A stretch of 64,000 nucleotides of DNA from Alphaproteobacteria bacterium (lineage in GTDB: Bacteria; Pseudomonadota; Alphaproteobacteria; Bin95). The stretch's first letter is position 1; the number at the start of each line of letters is the position of its first letter. Below the pieces are notes generated by a model. That model saw only the letters and a program-made list of their open reading frames with translations, searched no databases and was not told the DNA's origin. Made by a program: the position numbers and the translations under genes. Below, piece after piece: positions 19,984 to 30,618 of the stretch. The stretch covers positions 256,001-320,000 of the forward strand of contig OZ219789.1 of NCBI GenBank assembly GCA_964291285.2. The letters are read 5' to 3'.

Positions 19984-20149
19984 TCTTGCGCTCCCATGCC
20001 TGTCATCACCGGCTCGCCGTCCGCCTGAGTAGCATGTTGCGCCATTCTGCGCGATATGCCTCGCGTTGGGACCGTCGCGCGTCCGCGCATGGGCGGCACG
20101 TTTGGGAACGGCGTGTTACGGTCGCGGCGACGTGTTGGCGGGGGGAACG

Positions 20150-20575
20150 ATGCCGGACGACAAGGAACTCCGGGAGAAGCTTGCCAAGGTCGAAGCGCTG
20201 TTCCGGCGGGCCGGCAGTCCGGGAGAGCAGGCCGCCGCCGGAGCCGCGATGGACCGGCTGCGCGGCCGGCTCGGCGCCCCCGACGGGGATGGCGGGCCGG
20301 AAACCGAGCTCAGGTTCTCGCTGCCCGACGCCTGGTCGGTCCGGCTGTTCGTCGCCGTCTGCCGCAAGCACGGCCTGCGCCCCTTCCGCTATACGCGGCA
20401 ACGGCGGACGACGGTCATCGTGCGCGCCCGCGAGCGGCATTTCGACCGCGTGGTTTGGGCGGAGTTCGGCCGGCTTCACACCGAACTCCAACTCTACTTC
20501 CAGGACGTTACCGACCACCTGATTACCCGCGCCATGGGCTCGGACGGCGACGACAGCAACATCGGGCAGCGGTAG
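20150..20575 (+). CDS. Hypothetical protein (DUF2786-like N-terminus)
   Basis: LREKLAKVEALFRRAGSPGEQAAA; good codon bias, G-rich RBS. Confidence 0.65.
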   Translation: MPDDKELREKLAKVEALFRRAGSPGEQAAAGAAMDRLRGRLGAPDGDGGPETELRFSLPDAWSVRLFVAVCRKHGLRPFRYTRQRRTTVIVRARERHFDRVVWAEFGRLHTELQLYFQDVTDHLITRAMGSDGDDSNIGQR

Positions 20576-20590
20576 CCGCCTGAAACAGCC

Positions 20591-20854
20591 TCACTCTCCG
20601 GCGGGTTCGACGATTACGCGCCCGCGTCCCCGGCGAACGATGTAACCGCCCCGCCGGATCGCGAGCTTTCCATCCTGGATCATGCCGTACAACGTATCGG
20701 CAATGATATCGGCATTCACGTCGGTTTCCGGCGCCTCGACCGCCTGGTCGAGCCATTTTGCGAACGCTTCGTCGGCAATCGCAGGGCCCAGGGATTTCCG
20801 AAGCGCGTTGAGTTTCCGGAGCTGGCCCTTCTTCAGGCTGGATTCATCGATCAT
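20591..20854 (-). CDS. Hypothetical protein (87 aa)
   Basis: MIDESSLKKGQLRKLNALRKSLG...; RBS AGGAGA. Confidence 0.7.
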   Translation of the reverse strand: MIDESSLKKGQLRKLNALRKSLGPAIADEAFAKWLDQAVEAPETDVNADIIADTLYGMIQDGKLAIRRGGYIVRRGRGRVIVEPAGE

Positions 20855-20966
20855 GCAGAACTCTCCTGTTCCGGATTGCAACATCCGCGGCAGTTAAACC
20901 GCGATTCGCTCCAGGATGTAATATCCGAGTCGTCTTCCGCAGAAATTCAGTTGCGCCGCCGCCAAT

Positions 20967-21033
20967 CGCCGCATTAACGAACTCGCATATGTCCACCTTG
21001 TCGGGCCCGGCGCCGGAGACGGGGCGTGACGAA
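20967..21033 (+). repeat. Imperfect ~67-bp direct repeat of 22533-22599
   Basis: CGCCGCATTAACGAACTCGCATATGTCCACCTTGTC...GGCGTGACGAA versus CGCCGCATCACCGAACTCGCCTATGTCCACCTGGTC...GCCGTGACGAA. Confidence 0.8.
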
Positions 21034-21133
21034 GGCCGTCACCTGCACCCCCGTCACAAAAAACGCGGCGTCGGCATCACAATCCTCGTCGCGCGAGCGG
21101 AACCGGGCCGGGTCTATCGTTCCCGCCCGCCCG

Positions 21134-21835
21134 TCAATGGGCGCCGCAGCAGCGCCCGTACGTCCGGCCCGATCCGCAGGGGCAAGGCTCGTCAGGGCCG
21201 GCCTTGCGCCCGAATGACGGCGCGTCGCCGCTGTCGAACCCGGCATCCGGCGGACCGACCGTTGCGCGTTCCGTCATTTGCCGGGACCTGGTCCATGCGT
21301 TCAGCTTGCGCACGAACTCCGGGATCAGGCCCGGCGCCATCAGGTCGAGTTCGTTCCCGGCCTCTTCCGTGAACTCCAGCCGGCCGTAGCTGAAGTCGTT
21401 CAGGGTGACGATCATGCCGAGCGACGTTGTCGCCTCCCTGTCGCCGCTGAGAGCGATCGCCTCCCATGCGTCCGGGCGCAGCCGCATGGCCCGTTCGAAC
21501 CCGTCGACCCAGGGTTCCCAGAGGATCTCGCCGTCGTCGGGGTCGAACTCCAGGACGGGTGCGTAGTCTTCCGGCGCCTCCGCCAGTTCCCGGGCGATCC
21601 GGTTGTAATGCCCCATCACAGCCCCGATCACCGCCTCGGCCCCGGCGGTATCGGCGAATGCGTGCTCTTCTCCCCAGATCCCCGGCAGCCATTCCGAGGG
21701 CGTGACCATGTCGGGGCAGACGATCAGGGCGGCGACATAGCCGTCCAGCCCGGCGACGGTCATGGCGTCGCGCCCGGCGGAAATGGCGCAGAGAAGCTCG
21801 TCCAGCCGGTCGAGATCGGGATCCGCATCGTTCAT
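21134..21835 (-). CDS. UPF0149/YecA family protein with SEC-C motif
   Basis: LDGYVAALIVCPDMVTPSEWLPGIWG, PWVDGF, C-terminal PCPCGSGRTYGRCC. Confidence 0.88.
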   Translation of the reverse strand: MNDADPDLDRLDELLCAISAGRDAMTVAGLDGYVAALIVCPDMVTPSEWLPGIWGEEHAFADTAGAEAVIGAVMGHYNRIARELAEAPEDYAPVLEFDPDDGEILWEPWVDGFERAMRLRPDAWEAIALSGDREATTSLGMIVTLNDFSYGRLEFTEEAGNELDLMAPGLIPEFVRKLNAWTRSRQMTERATVGPPDAGFDSGDAPSFGRKAGPDEPCPCGSGRTYGRCCGAH

Positions 21836-22106
21836 GGCCGGCAGTTATCCGCACCCGGTCACGATGGTCAATGCCGCCCTCGCGTTCCCGTCGCCAACCC
21901 CGCCAATTGGCCGTGTCGCGCCCGGCGCCATCCCGTCCAGGGCCGACGGATGCCACGGCGCCTGCCCGGTTCCGAAGTCCTTCCGGATGCACATCGGCAT
22001 TCCCGGCGCGGCGCCAACCGACCGCCGCCGAGCACCCGCCCGCATCCGACCGCCGGGAGGCAAAGGCCGGCGCCGGGCGGGCAGGTTTCGAATGAAGGAG
22101 GCCGGC

Positions 22107-22595
22107 ATGGCCCAGCGCCCCGACCCCACCGAACGCGCCGCCCGTATTCTCGCCGAGCGCGGCCCCGAGGACCGGCTCGACGCCTTCATGATGCTGACCG
22201 GCCAGGAGTATCTCTGGCGCATGCAGGGACCCGAACGGAACAGCCCCGGCGCGGACTTCGCCGAGGCCGTCCGCCGCTACGAGGCGGATACCGGCAGGGT
22301 CCTGGCCCGGCAAGCGCGCCCGCCGAGCTTCGGCGTCGTGCGGTATTACCGCCCGGACCGCACCCGCGAGGTGGCGGTCTGGCTCGGCGGGCGCATGCTC
22401 GACTGGATATCGACCCGCGGGCGCGGCCGGCGGACGGATGCCATATGGAGCCTCGGCGCGCTGCCGATTGTGCTGGGCCTTTCGTACCGGGAGATGTGCG
22501 CGGAGCCGCTGCGCCCGCTCGCCGACGCCGAACGCCGCATCACCGAACTCGCCTATGTCCACCTGGTCGATCCCGGCGCCGGAGACGGGCCGTGA
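22107..22595 (+). CDS. Hypothetical protein
   Basis: RBS AAGGAGG, MAQRPDPTERAARIL..., GC3 bias. Confidence 0.65.
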   Translation: MAQRPDPTERAARILAERGPEDRLDAFMMLTGQEYLWRMQGPERNSPGADFAEAVRRYEADTGRVLARQARPPSFGVVRYYRPDRTREVAVWLGGRMLDWISTRGRGRRTDAIWSLGALPIVLGLSYREMCAEPLRPLADAERRITELAYVHLVDPGAGDGP

Positions 22596-22681
22596 CGAAC
22601 GCGCTCTGCGAAACGTCGGCGCAACGCGGCAGTGAGCGGCTCCGACCGAACGGCAACTCCACCGTCCAGGAGATGACAGAC

Positions 22682-23341
22682 ATGCAGACCGTCCATCCCT
22701 CGCCCGGAGCCGTCCGCCTCGCCATGGCGCGCATCCGGCGCGCCGTCGACGCCCATGGCGGCGACTGCGAAGCCCCCCTGGACTGGGGCATCGTGCGCCG
22801 CGACGGCTGCCGCACGATCGCCTGCCATGGCGGCTGGTATGCGCTCGGCCGCCTGATGGACCATGCGGCGGTGAGCTGGCGGCGCGACGCGGATTTCCCC
22901 CCGGACGATGCCGGCGAGACCCTGATGGCCGCCAGGTCCGACGGGACGGTGACGCCGCTCATGTATTTCGAGGGCGGCCATGCGCTGGCGCGCGACCTGG
23001 GGTTCATTAACGCGCCCGCGCTGAAGGGGTGGGCGGAGCGCCACCCGGAGATCTGGGGCTGCCGCGGCGGCGAGCGGATGTTCGCCGGCGACGGGGCCAT
23101 GGCCTTCGACCGGCCACCCCATACCCCGGTCCGGGTGTGCGAGATCGTGGACTGGTGGCTTGCGGTGGCGGACCGGCTGGACGCGGCGATCCCGGTGCAT
23201 CGCGAGCGGGCGGACGCGCTGGCCGCGCTCGGCCGCCACGACGCCGCGGCGCAGGACGCCATTGCGGTCGAACCCTGCCCGGACGGCTGGCGGCTGGTGC
23301 GCCGGCCGTATCCGATGAACCTTCCATCCCTGCACGGCTGA
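22682..23341 (+). CDS. Hypothetical protein
   Basis: RBS AGGAG; contains CRTIACHGGWY; GC3 bias. Confidence 0.6.
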   Translation: MQTVHPSPGAVRLAMARIRRAVDAHGGDCEAPLDWGIVRRDGCRTIACHGGWYALGRLMDHAAVSWRRDADFPPDDAGETLMAARSDGTVTPLMYFEGGHALARDLGFINAPALKGWAERHPEIWGCRGGERMFAGDGAMAFDRPPHTPVRVCEIVDWWLAVADRLDAAIPVHRERADALAALGRHDAAAQDAIAVEPCPDGWRLVRRPYPMNLPSLHG

Positions 23342-23552
23342 CGGCGTTCCTCCCGGACCTGCGGCCCCGGACGCCGCTTCCGGTCCCCGCCCCGGCGCGC
23401 GCCGCCGCCGTGCCTCCGCAGCCCGCCCTGCCGGCTGCGCCGTCCGGAGGGGAGCATGGCGGCGGTCCCGGGCGGCGCGGACGCGGGCCGGCGGGAGTCG
23501 CTCGCCGAACCCCGCTTCCGTGCATTTCCACACACCATTGACGGAGGTTCGC

Positions 23553-25991
23553 ATGAACTTCATCGCCCCCGGGGCCGGGCCGCTCATCCGGGAGATCCCG
23601 CTCTCCCGGCTCGCGCTCGCGCCCGAGAACGTCCGCAAGACCCCGCCCGACCCCCGGGCCGACGCCGAGCTCAAGGCCTCGATCGCCGCCCTCGGGCTGC
23701 TGGAGAACCTCGTCGTCCGCGCCGATGAGCCCGACGAGGATGGCGCCGAGCGGTACGCCGTGGTGGCCGGCGGGCGCCGCTTCAGGGCCATGCAGGCGCT
23801 GGTCGAGGACAAGGTGTTCGATGCCGACCATCCAGTGCCCTGCCTGGTCAAGAGCGAGGTCGAACCCGCCGAGATCTCGCTCGCCGAGAACGTCATCCGC
23901 GTGCCGATGCACCCCGCCGACCAGGTGGTGGCGTTCACGAAGCTGGCCGACGCCGGCCAGTCGGTATCCGCCATCGCGGCACGGTTCGGCGCATCCGAGC
24001 GCATCGTCGAGCAGCGGCTGCGCCTCGGCAACGCCGCGCCGGAACTGCTGGACGCCTACCGGGCCGGCGAGATCGACCTCGAAGTGCTGAAGGCCTTCGC
24101 CGTCACGACCGACCGGGAGCGCCAGATGGCGGCCTGGGAGCACGTATCCGGTCAAGGCTACCGCCCGTCGGCCTGGCAGGTGAAGCGCCTGCTGACCGGG
24201 GAGCGGGTGCCGGGCGCCACGGCGATCGCCCGCTTCGTCGGCGTCGAGGCCTATGAGGCCGCCGGCGGCACCGTCATGCGCGACCTGTTCGCGCGGAACG
24301 ACGAGAGCGGCCTCTGGTTCGAGGACCCGGTGCTGCTGGAGAAGCTGGCGACGCAGAAGCTCCAGGCGGCGGCCGACGAGCTGGCGACCCGCTGGAAGTG
24401 GGCCACGGCCATGGTCGAGGTCGACTGGAGCGACACCGCCAGCTGCGGCCGCATCGAGCCCGAGCCCGGCACGCCGACCGAGGAGGAGCAGGCCGAGATC
24501 GCCAGGCTGGAAGCCCGGCAGGCGGAACTCGCCGAGCTCGACGACGAGGAGTGGACCGGGGAGCTGGTCTCCGAAGCCGAGGCCATCGAGACCCGCCTCG
24601 ACGAGATCGCGGGCGCCGTCGATGCCCGCGCGGTGTTCCGCCGCGAGGACTTCGCGATGGCGGGCTGCATCGTCACCGTCGGCCATGACGGCGCGATGCA
24701 GGTCATCCAGGGGTTGGTGAAGCCCGAGGACATGCCGAAGCCGGAAGAGACCGGCGGCGCCGGTTCCCCGGCCGCCAACGGTCACGACCCGAATGCCATG
24801 ACCCACGGCGTCCACACCGGCGGTCCTGGCGTTCACACCGCCGGTTCGCCGGTCTCGACCCCGATGGCGCCGCCGCGCGACCGCGAGGCCGAGGCGCGCA
24901 AGGAGGCGGGCGTCGGCATCGGCCTTGCCGACGATCTGCGGCATATCCGGACGGCGCTCATCAAGGCCTATCTCGCCGGCGACTTCGACGCCGCCTTCGA
25001 CCTCGTGGTGTTCCAGATGGGGCGCTCCGTGTTCACCCGCGGCTATACGCCCCACGCGCTCGACATCGCCATCCGCGAGACCGCCGACCGGCCGACCACC
25101 CGCATGAACGACGCCGGTTTCGCGGACTGGTCGCCGGGCGAGGCGACGCTGGAAGACCGCTCGGGCCTGTCGATGGACTGGCTGGAGATCGAGGACGACG
25201 GCGAGTCCTTCGCCGCGCTGCGGGCGCTGCCCCAGGCGGAGAAGCAGGCGCTGTTCGCCGCCTGCGTCGCGAGGACGGTGAAGCCCCAGCTCGCCTTCGA
25301 GCCCGAGGCGCGTCCCGAGCTCGAAGCCACCGTAGCCCGGCTGGATATCGAGTTCGCGAAGCAGGTCCGCCCGACGGCGGCGATGCTGTGGTCGCGGATC
25401 GCCAAGAACCGCATCCTCGACATCGCCCGCACGGTGTTCGGCATCGCCTGGGCCTCGGCGCGCGCCAAGACCAGGAAGCCGGTGCTGGCCGAGGCGATGG
25501 AGACCGCGTTCGCGGCCGGCGCCACGCCGGCCGGACTGAGCGCCGGGATGCACGCGGCCGCGCTCGCCTGGACCCCGCCCGGCTTCAGAGCGTTCGATAC
25601 CGGGCGCATCGGCGACGTGGTGGACCATGCGGCGGTGGAGGCGCAGCCGGCGCCGGACGCCGTTGAGGCTTCCGCCGAATCGGAACCCGGGGAACCGACC
25701 GTCGATACTGCGGCCGGGCAGGAAGGCGCGCCGCCCGCCGGCAATGGCCATGCGGCGGAGGCCGCGCCGGAACCGGAGCCGTCGCAGGGCAATGGCGCGC
25801 ATACCGGCAACGGCGCCGCCGAAACGGTCGATTCCGGGCCGGGCGCCGAACCCGGCGACGCCGCCGAGGCCGATCCCGATCCGACCCTCGCGGGCGGGCC
25901 GGACGGCATCGCGGCGACCGGTCCGGTCAACGGCCACGCCCCGCCCGCGGACCCGGCGGATATCCCCGAGTTCCTCCGCCGCGTCCACTGA
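23553..25991 (+). CDS. ParB/RepB/Spo0J family protein (long ICE/plasmid type)
   Basis: ENVRK, LKASIAALGLLENLVV, VVAGGRRFRA, SLAENVIR, HTH; RBS GGAGG. Confidence 0.9.
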   Translation: MNFIAPGAGPLIREIPLSRLALAPENVRKTPPDPRADAELKASIAALGLLENLVVRADEPDEDGAERYAVVAGGRRFRAMQALVEDKVFDADHPVPCLVKSEVEPAEISLAENVIRVPMHPADQVVAFTKLADAGQSVSAIAARFGASERIVEQRLRLGNAAPELLDAYRAGEIDLEVLKAFAVTTDRERQMAAWEHVSGQGYRPSAWQVKRLLTGERVPGATAIARFVGVEAYEAAGGTVMRDLFARNDESGLWFEDPVLLEKLATQKLQAAADELATRWKWATAMVEVDWSDTASCGRIEPEPGTPTEEEQAEIARLEARQAELAELDDEEWTGELVSEAEAIETRLDEIAGAVDARAVFRREDFAMAGCIVTVGHDGAMQVIQGLVKPEDMPKPEETGGAGSPAANGHDPNAMTHGVHTGGPGVHTAGSPVSTPMAPPRDREAEARKEAGVGIGLADDLRHIRTALIKAYLAGDFDAAFDLVVFQMGRSVFTRGYTPHALDIAIRETADRPTTRMNDAGFADWSPGEATLEDRSGLSMDWLEIEDDGESFAALRALPQAEKQALFAACVARTVKPQLAFEPEARPELEATVARLDIEFAKQVRPTAAMLWSRIAKNRILDIARTVFGIAWASARAKTRKPVLAEAMETAFAAGATPAGLSAGMHAAALAWTPPGFRAFDTGRIGDVVDHAAVEAQPAPDAVEASAESEPGEPTVDTAAGQEGAPPAGNGHAAEAAPEPEPSQGNGAHTGNGAAETVDSGPGAEPGDAAEADPDPTLAGGPDGIAATGPVNGHAPPADPADIPEFLRRVH

Positions 25992-26012
25992 CCGCCACGG
26001 CGGCCATCGAGA

Positions 26013-26052
26013 CGCCCCGCCGGGTTCGCCGCCCGGCGGGGCGCTTTCTTTC
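26013..26052 (+). terminator. Hairpin plus pyrimidine tract after parB-like gene
   Basis: CGCCCCGCCGGG-loop-CCCGGCGGGGCG then CTTTCTTT. Confidence 0.6.
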
Positions 26053-26074
26053 CGCATGTCACGGAGGGTCCCGC

Positions 26075-27853
26075 ATGAGCCCCACCGCAGCACCGCTCCC
26101 GCCGACCATACGCGCGCGCATCCATGAGAGCGCCGTCAGGCGGGTCACCCGCATCTATTCCGCCTCACTGGCCGACATTTTCGCCGAGACCCTGCAAAAC
26201 AGCCGCCGAGCCGGCGCCGCGCGGGTGCGTATGTCCGTTTCCGCTCCCGTCGCCCGGCCGGACGAAATCCCCTCCACGACGGAGGACACGCCGGTCACTG
26301 TCACCGTGTCCGACGACGGCGCGGGCATCGCCGATCCCGCCGTGCTGCTGAGCTTCGGCGAGAACGGCTGGTCCGACGAGCTGGTCCGGCGCGAGGACGC
26401 CGCCGGCTTCGGCTTCGCCAGCCTGGCGCGCCGCGGCTGCACCGTCACCTCGCGCCCGCGTTCTCCGGACGGCGAGGTTCTGCGCAGCTGGACGGTTGAA
26501 CTGGCCCCGGCGCATTTCCTGGGAGAGGCCGACGCCGAGGTGCATCCCGATACCGATGCGCCGTTTCCGCACGGGACGGTAATTTCGTTCGAGGCGACCG
26601 AGTCCGCCGGCGCGATCCGCAACGCGGCCGAGAACGCCGCCCGGCATTACCCCCTTCCGGTCCTCTTCGAGGACGGTACGGAAGGCGGCGCCGGTGCCGG
26701 GGAGCTGCCGCGCCGCGCGTTTCTCGATGGGGCCGTCCATGCCGAGGTTTGGCGCGGCCTCGCGTTCGGTGTCTTCCGGAGCCGCCATCGCGGCTACAAC
26801 GACCCCGACCTCAACTTCTTCGGCCTCACCCTGCCGGTCGGGCTTCCCGCGGTCGAGACCGTCCACGGCCCGGTCTGGAGCGTATGTGCCGACATCCAGG
26901 ACTGCCCCGAGCTGGAGCTGGTCCTGCCGGCCCGCAAGGAGGCGGTCGGGAACGCCTTCCTGGACGAAATGCGCGAAGCCGCGCGGCTCGCCGCCTACCG
27001 CGCCATGGCCGCCGACCCAGACCCGCGCCCCGTCTTCCGGGACTGGACGCGGGCGCGCGAGGCCGGCATCGGGATCGCGCCGCCGCCGGCCCTGCTGCGG
27101 CCCTGGCGGCCCTCCGTCGCCGATGTCAACGACTGGCGCGATCCGGCGAAGCTCGCCGCCGCCGGCCCCGACGCCTTGGTCATGGCCTGCGACCCGGAGC
27201 CGCCGGAGGCGCAGGCACTCTGGCGCGCCGCCGAACGCGCCGGCATCGCTCAGCACCTGTTCGAGACCGACCGCAGGCTGGAGGGCTATGGCTGGTATGA
27301 CGGGCCCGATCGGGTGGCGGACATCGCCGTCCGGGTTGCCGCCGAAGGCAAATGGATGGCGCTCGACGAGTACCCGCTGCCCGAGACGTCGCGTTCACCG
27401 GCCGCGCCGCTGCCCTCCCGGCCCGCCGCCATCCGTTTCGAGCTCGCCGTCCGTCCGGCATCGGGTCCGGCGCGCACCCTCGACCTGCCGGCCGATCTTG
27501 TCTTCGCCGGGGAGGCCTGGGGCTGGATCGACGACACCATGCCGCTGGTGGCCGTGGACAGCGCCCTCCAGCCGCACGAGCTGGCAGAGCTGCTCAGGGC
27601 CGGGTTCTTCTCGCCGTCGGACGAGGCCGACTCGGACAGCTGGGAGACCCAGCGCGACCGGTTCGACGAGCAGGCGCTGCATCTGGCGACCCGCCTGCTG
27701 CTGTCCGACGACGAGGCCTGCCGGACCTCCATCGCCGAGGCGGTCCGCCGCGAGCTGATCTGGCTCGCCCCGCGCGACCGCACCGTCGACATCCGCATCC
27801 GCCGGCCCGACGTGGCCGTGACCCTCGGCGCCGCCGCGGAGGCCGTGTCGTGA
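26075..27853 (+). CDS. GHKL/HATPase-domain ATP-binding protein
   Basis: ETLQNSRRAGA, VSDDGAGI, AAGFGFASL, HGT. Confidence 0.82.
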   Translation: MSPTAAPLPPTIRARIHESAVRRVTRIYSASLADIFAETLQNSRRAGAARVRMSVSAPVARPDEIPSTTEDTPVTVTVSDDGAGIADPAVLLSFGENGWSDELVRREDAAGFGFASLARRGCTVTSRPRSPDGEVLRSWTVELAPAHFLGEADAEVHPDTDAPFPHGTVISFEATESAGAIRNAAENAARHYPLPVLFEDGTEGGAGAGELPRRAFLDGAVHAEVWRGLAFGVFRSRHRGYNDPDLNFFGLTLPVGLPAVETVHGPVWSVCADIQDCPELELVLPARKEAVGNAFLDEMREAARLAAYRAMAADPDPRPVFRDWTRAREAGIGIAPPPALLRPWRPSVADVNDWRDPAKLAAAGPDALVMACDPEPPEAQALWRAAERAGIAQHLFETDRRLEGYGWYDGPDRVADIAVRVAAEGKWMALDEYPLPETSRSPAAPLPSRPAAIRFELAVRPASGPARTLDLPADLVFAGEAWGWIDDTMPLVAVDSALQPHELAELLRAGFFSPSDEADSDSWETQRDRFDEQALHLATRLLLSDDEACRTSIAEAVRRELIWLAPRDRTVDIRIRRPDVAVTLGAAAEAVS

Positions 27854-28191
27854 CCCGGGCCTGGACTGTGCAGGCCGGGTATATGGCCCACCACGCCAAC
27901 ACCGTCACGGTCGAGGCCGGGAGCCTTGAGGAAGCCCTCGAAAAGGCCATCGGCGCCGCCAACGAGGACGCCGCCGGCTGGCGCAGCACCGACCATGTCA
28001 CCGACACCCATGTCGATGCGGTCTGCGAGGGCGCCGGCGGCGATCCGTGGGGCGAAGGGTCGCTCCCTGTCCCGGACCGCTTCGCCGAAGGCGGCGAGCC
28101 GCCGCTGGTGACCGTGTGGCTCGGTCCGGACGGCAGGCCCGCCGCCCGCGTCGAGGGCGGCAGGGCCCGGGTCCGCATCCTCGACGGCTGA
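27850..28191 (+). CDS. Hypothetical protein
   Basis: GTGA overlap with the upstream stop; RBS GGAGG. Confidence 0.65.
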   Translation: MTRAWTVQAGYMAHHANTVTVEAGSLEEALEKAIGAANEDAAGWRSTDHVTDTHVDAVCEGAGGDPWGEGSLPVPDRFAEGGEPPLVTVWLGPDGRPAARVEGGRARVRILDG

Positions 28192-28283
28192 CCGGCTGCC
28201 GGGCCGCCGCCATTCCATCCACCCCGAAGCCGCCCCGCCGCCGTCCCGGACCGGGGCGGCTCGCCATGAGGGAGACCGCAACC

Positions 28284-28505
28284 ATGAAGCTCGACGCCAT
28301 GCCCGCCGCGAACACCCCATTCATCGCGCCTGCTCCGGGGGAGCCCGGTGATGAAGCGCAAAAACGCGCCATCGCCGATGCCGTCTGGACCGACCTGCTC
28401 TGGCTGATGCCGCCCGACCGCACCGTCACGGTCACCGTCCGCGACGGCAATGTCGCGGTCGATCTCGGCTCGCCCGGCCCGATGCCGGAGACCCCGGTCA
28501 ACTGA
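28284..28505 (+). CDS. Hypothetical protein
   Basis: RBS GGAGA; short ORF in a co-directional run. Confidence 0.5.
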   Translation: MKLDAMPAANTPFIAPAPGEPGDEAQKRAIADAVWTDLLWLMPPDRTVTVTVRDGNVAVDLGSPGPMPETPVN

Positions 28506-28676
28506 CCGCGCAGGCCGCACCCGGTTCCCGATCCGGCGCCGCCGCCGGCCCATCGGGCCCGCCGCCGGTTCCGCTCCCCCCGGAGTGGTGGCCGGCCTGC
28601 CGGGGGCGCCGGGCGGGCAGGGCGCGGGAGCGTTCCGGCCCGCCGCACACCCGTTTACCCCGCCGGGAGACAACCC

Positions 28677-29063
28677 ATGGAACTGCTTACCCCCGAACTT
28701 CGCGAGCAGCTGATCGCCAACGGCAGGAACCCCGACAGAGACAGGGTTCCGCTCGTCAAGTGGTTCAACCCCGCCGGCGCCGGCACCTGGCTGATCGTCG
28801 ACGCCGATCCGGAGGACCCCGATATCCATTTCGGGCTCATGGATCTGGGTTTCGGCACCCCGGAGCTCGGCAGTGTCCGCCTGTCCGAACTGGAGGCCTT
28901 CGAGGGTCCGTTCGGCCTCGGCATCGAGCGGGACCTCTGGTTCCAGCCGGCCCACCCGATCGGCGTCTACGCCGAAGCCGCGCGCCGCGCCGGGCGCATC
29001 GTGGAGCTCGGGCCGGAACTCGACGCGGCCGCCCGCAGCCGCACAAGTCCTGCCGGCGCCTGA
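28677..29063 (+). CDS. DUF2958 domain protein
   Basis: PLVKWFNPAGAGTWL, FGLMDLGFGTPELGSVRLSEL, IERDLWF. Confidence 0.88.
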   Translation: MELLTPELREQLIANGRNPDRDRVPLVKWFNPAGAGTWLIVDADPEDPDIHFGLMDLGFGTPELGSVRLSELEAFEGPFGLGIERDLWFQPAHPIGVYAEAARRAGRIVELGPELDAAARSRTSPAGA

Positions 29064-29146
29064 TCCCCTTGCCCAGCCCGGTTTCGCGCCCCGTCCCCCG
29101 GCTCGCGGGCCGGGGCGCTTTCCTTTCCCGATCACGGAGACCGCCC

Positions 29147-29479
29147 ATGCCCGATCCCGCGATTGCCGCCGCGCCCGCCGGCGCGCCGCCGCCGATGCAC
29201 CCGATGGACCCGCGCCGGGGCGAGGACCTCTCGCCCATGTTCGCGGCGTTCCTCTGCTGGCTGCTTGGCCTCGAACCCATGACCACGCCGGCCATCACCG
29301 GGATATCCGTCGCCGGCGAGTCGGTGCTGGCCGCCACCACCGACGACCCGTTCTTCAACGCCCATCTGGGATCGGTGGATGACTTCGAGCGCAACCTGCG
29401 CGGCTGGGGCGAGGCCTGCGGCGCCGACGCGTCCAACATCGACGGCCTCGTCGACAGTATGAGGAGAGCCGGGCGATGA
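29147..29479 (+). CDS. Hypothetical protein
   Basis: RBS GGAGA; coupled to the next gene by ATGA. Confidence 0.65.
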   Translation: MPDPAIAAAPAGAPPPMHPMDPRRGEDLSPMFAAFLCWLLGLEPMTTPAITGISVAGESVLAATTDDPFFNAHLGSVDDFERNLRGWGEACGADASNIDGLVDSMRRAGR

Positions 29480-29778
29480 GCTTCCCGGACTTGCCCGCCC
29501 GGTACGACCGCCACCGCGCAGCGCTCGACATCGTCGATCCGGGGGCCTGCAACCCGTCCGGCGTCGCGCTCGCGCTCCACGCCGCCTGCCGGCAGGCCAT
29601 CGCGGAGGGGGTCTCCCAGCGCGACGACCCCGCCATCCGCCTGATCGGCCTCCAGATCGCCTCGCTGCTCCATGTCGACCGCATCCTCGACGGCGACGAA
29701 TACGGGCGGCTGGTCGAGCAATGCACCGCCCGCGCTGCCGAGCGCGAACACGCCGCCAACCGGGAGATTGCCGCATGA
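29476..29778 (+). CDS. Hypothetical protein
   Basis: ATGA overlaps at both ends. Confidence 0.65.
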   Translation: MSFPDLPARYDRHRAALDIVDPGACNPSGVALALHAACRQAIAEGVSQRDDPAIRLIGLQIASLLHVDRILDGDEYGRLVEQCTARAAEREHAANREIAA

Positions 29779-30524
29779 GCCCGCAGGACAGGCCCGGACC
29801 GGGTTTCGACGAGATGCCGCTGTTGGACATGCCGGCGGGCCCGGCCTCGGTCCGGGAGGCCGTGAGCCGCCGCCGGCTCCGGGCCCGGTTCCTGCGCGCC
29901 GGGCGCGACGCCGTCGACGACCGAGACCTGCTGGAGCTGCTGCTCGCCGGGCGTCAGGGCGTGTACGACGCCGGGGCGCTGGCCGGGTGCCTGCTCGACA
30001 TGTTCGGCGCCGCGCCGCGCGTCCTCGCCGCGCGGCCGGACCGGCTGCGCACGGTGCCCGGCCTCTCCGAGGACGCCCTCGCCGCCCTCAAGGCCGCCGA
30101 GGCGCTCGGCATCCGCATGGCTCGGCAGGCCGTTCCCGCCGCCGTGCGCCCCTCCCTCTGCAACTATTCCGAGGTCATCGACTATTGCCGCACCCTCGCC
30201 GGCCATCGCGAGGTCGAGCAATTCCACGTGCTGTATCTGGACCGGAAGAACAGGCTCATCGCCGACCGCCTGCACCAGCAGGGCACGGTCTGCCACACCC
30301 CGGCCTATCCGCGCGAGATCTGCGTGCGCTGCCTCGAACTTCAGGCCAGCGGGGTCATAGCCGTACACAATCACCCGTCGGGCGATCCCATACCGTCCAG
30401 GGCCGATATCGACATGACCGGCCGCATCCGCGACGCGCTGAAGATGATCGGGGTCACCCTGCTCGACCATCTCATCGTCACGCCGACCGGCACGGTCAGC
30501 TTCCAGTCGCGCGGCCTGCTCTGA
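29775..30524 (+). CDS. radC: RadC family JAB-domain protein
   Basis: EQFHVLYLD, YPREI, HNHPSGDPIPSRAD, LLDHLIV. Confidence 0.92.
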   Translation: MSPQDRPGPGFDEMPLLDMPAGPASVREAVSRRRLRARFLRAGRDAVDDRDLLELLLAGRQGVYDAGALAGCLLDMFGAAPRVLAARPDRLRTVPGLSEDALAALKAAEALGIRMARQAVPAAVRPSLCNYSEVIDYCRTLAGHREVEQFHVLYLDRKNRLIADRLHQQGTVCHTPAYPREICVRCLELQASGVIAVHNHPSGDPIPSRADIDMTGRIRDALKMIGVTLLDHLIVTPTGTVSFQSRGLL

Positions 30525-30618
30525 CGGGCCGCGCCGGCGCCCCGGCGCCCGCAATCCGGCCCTCGCGCAATCGCGCCGAGGGTCGCTGTCCGTTTCATCC
30601 CACCGAGGACAACCGGCC

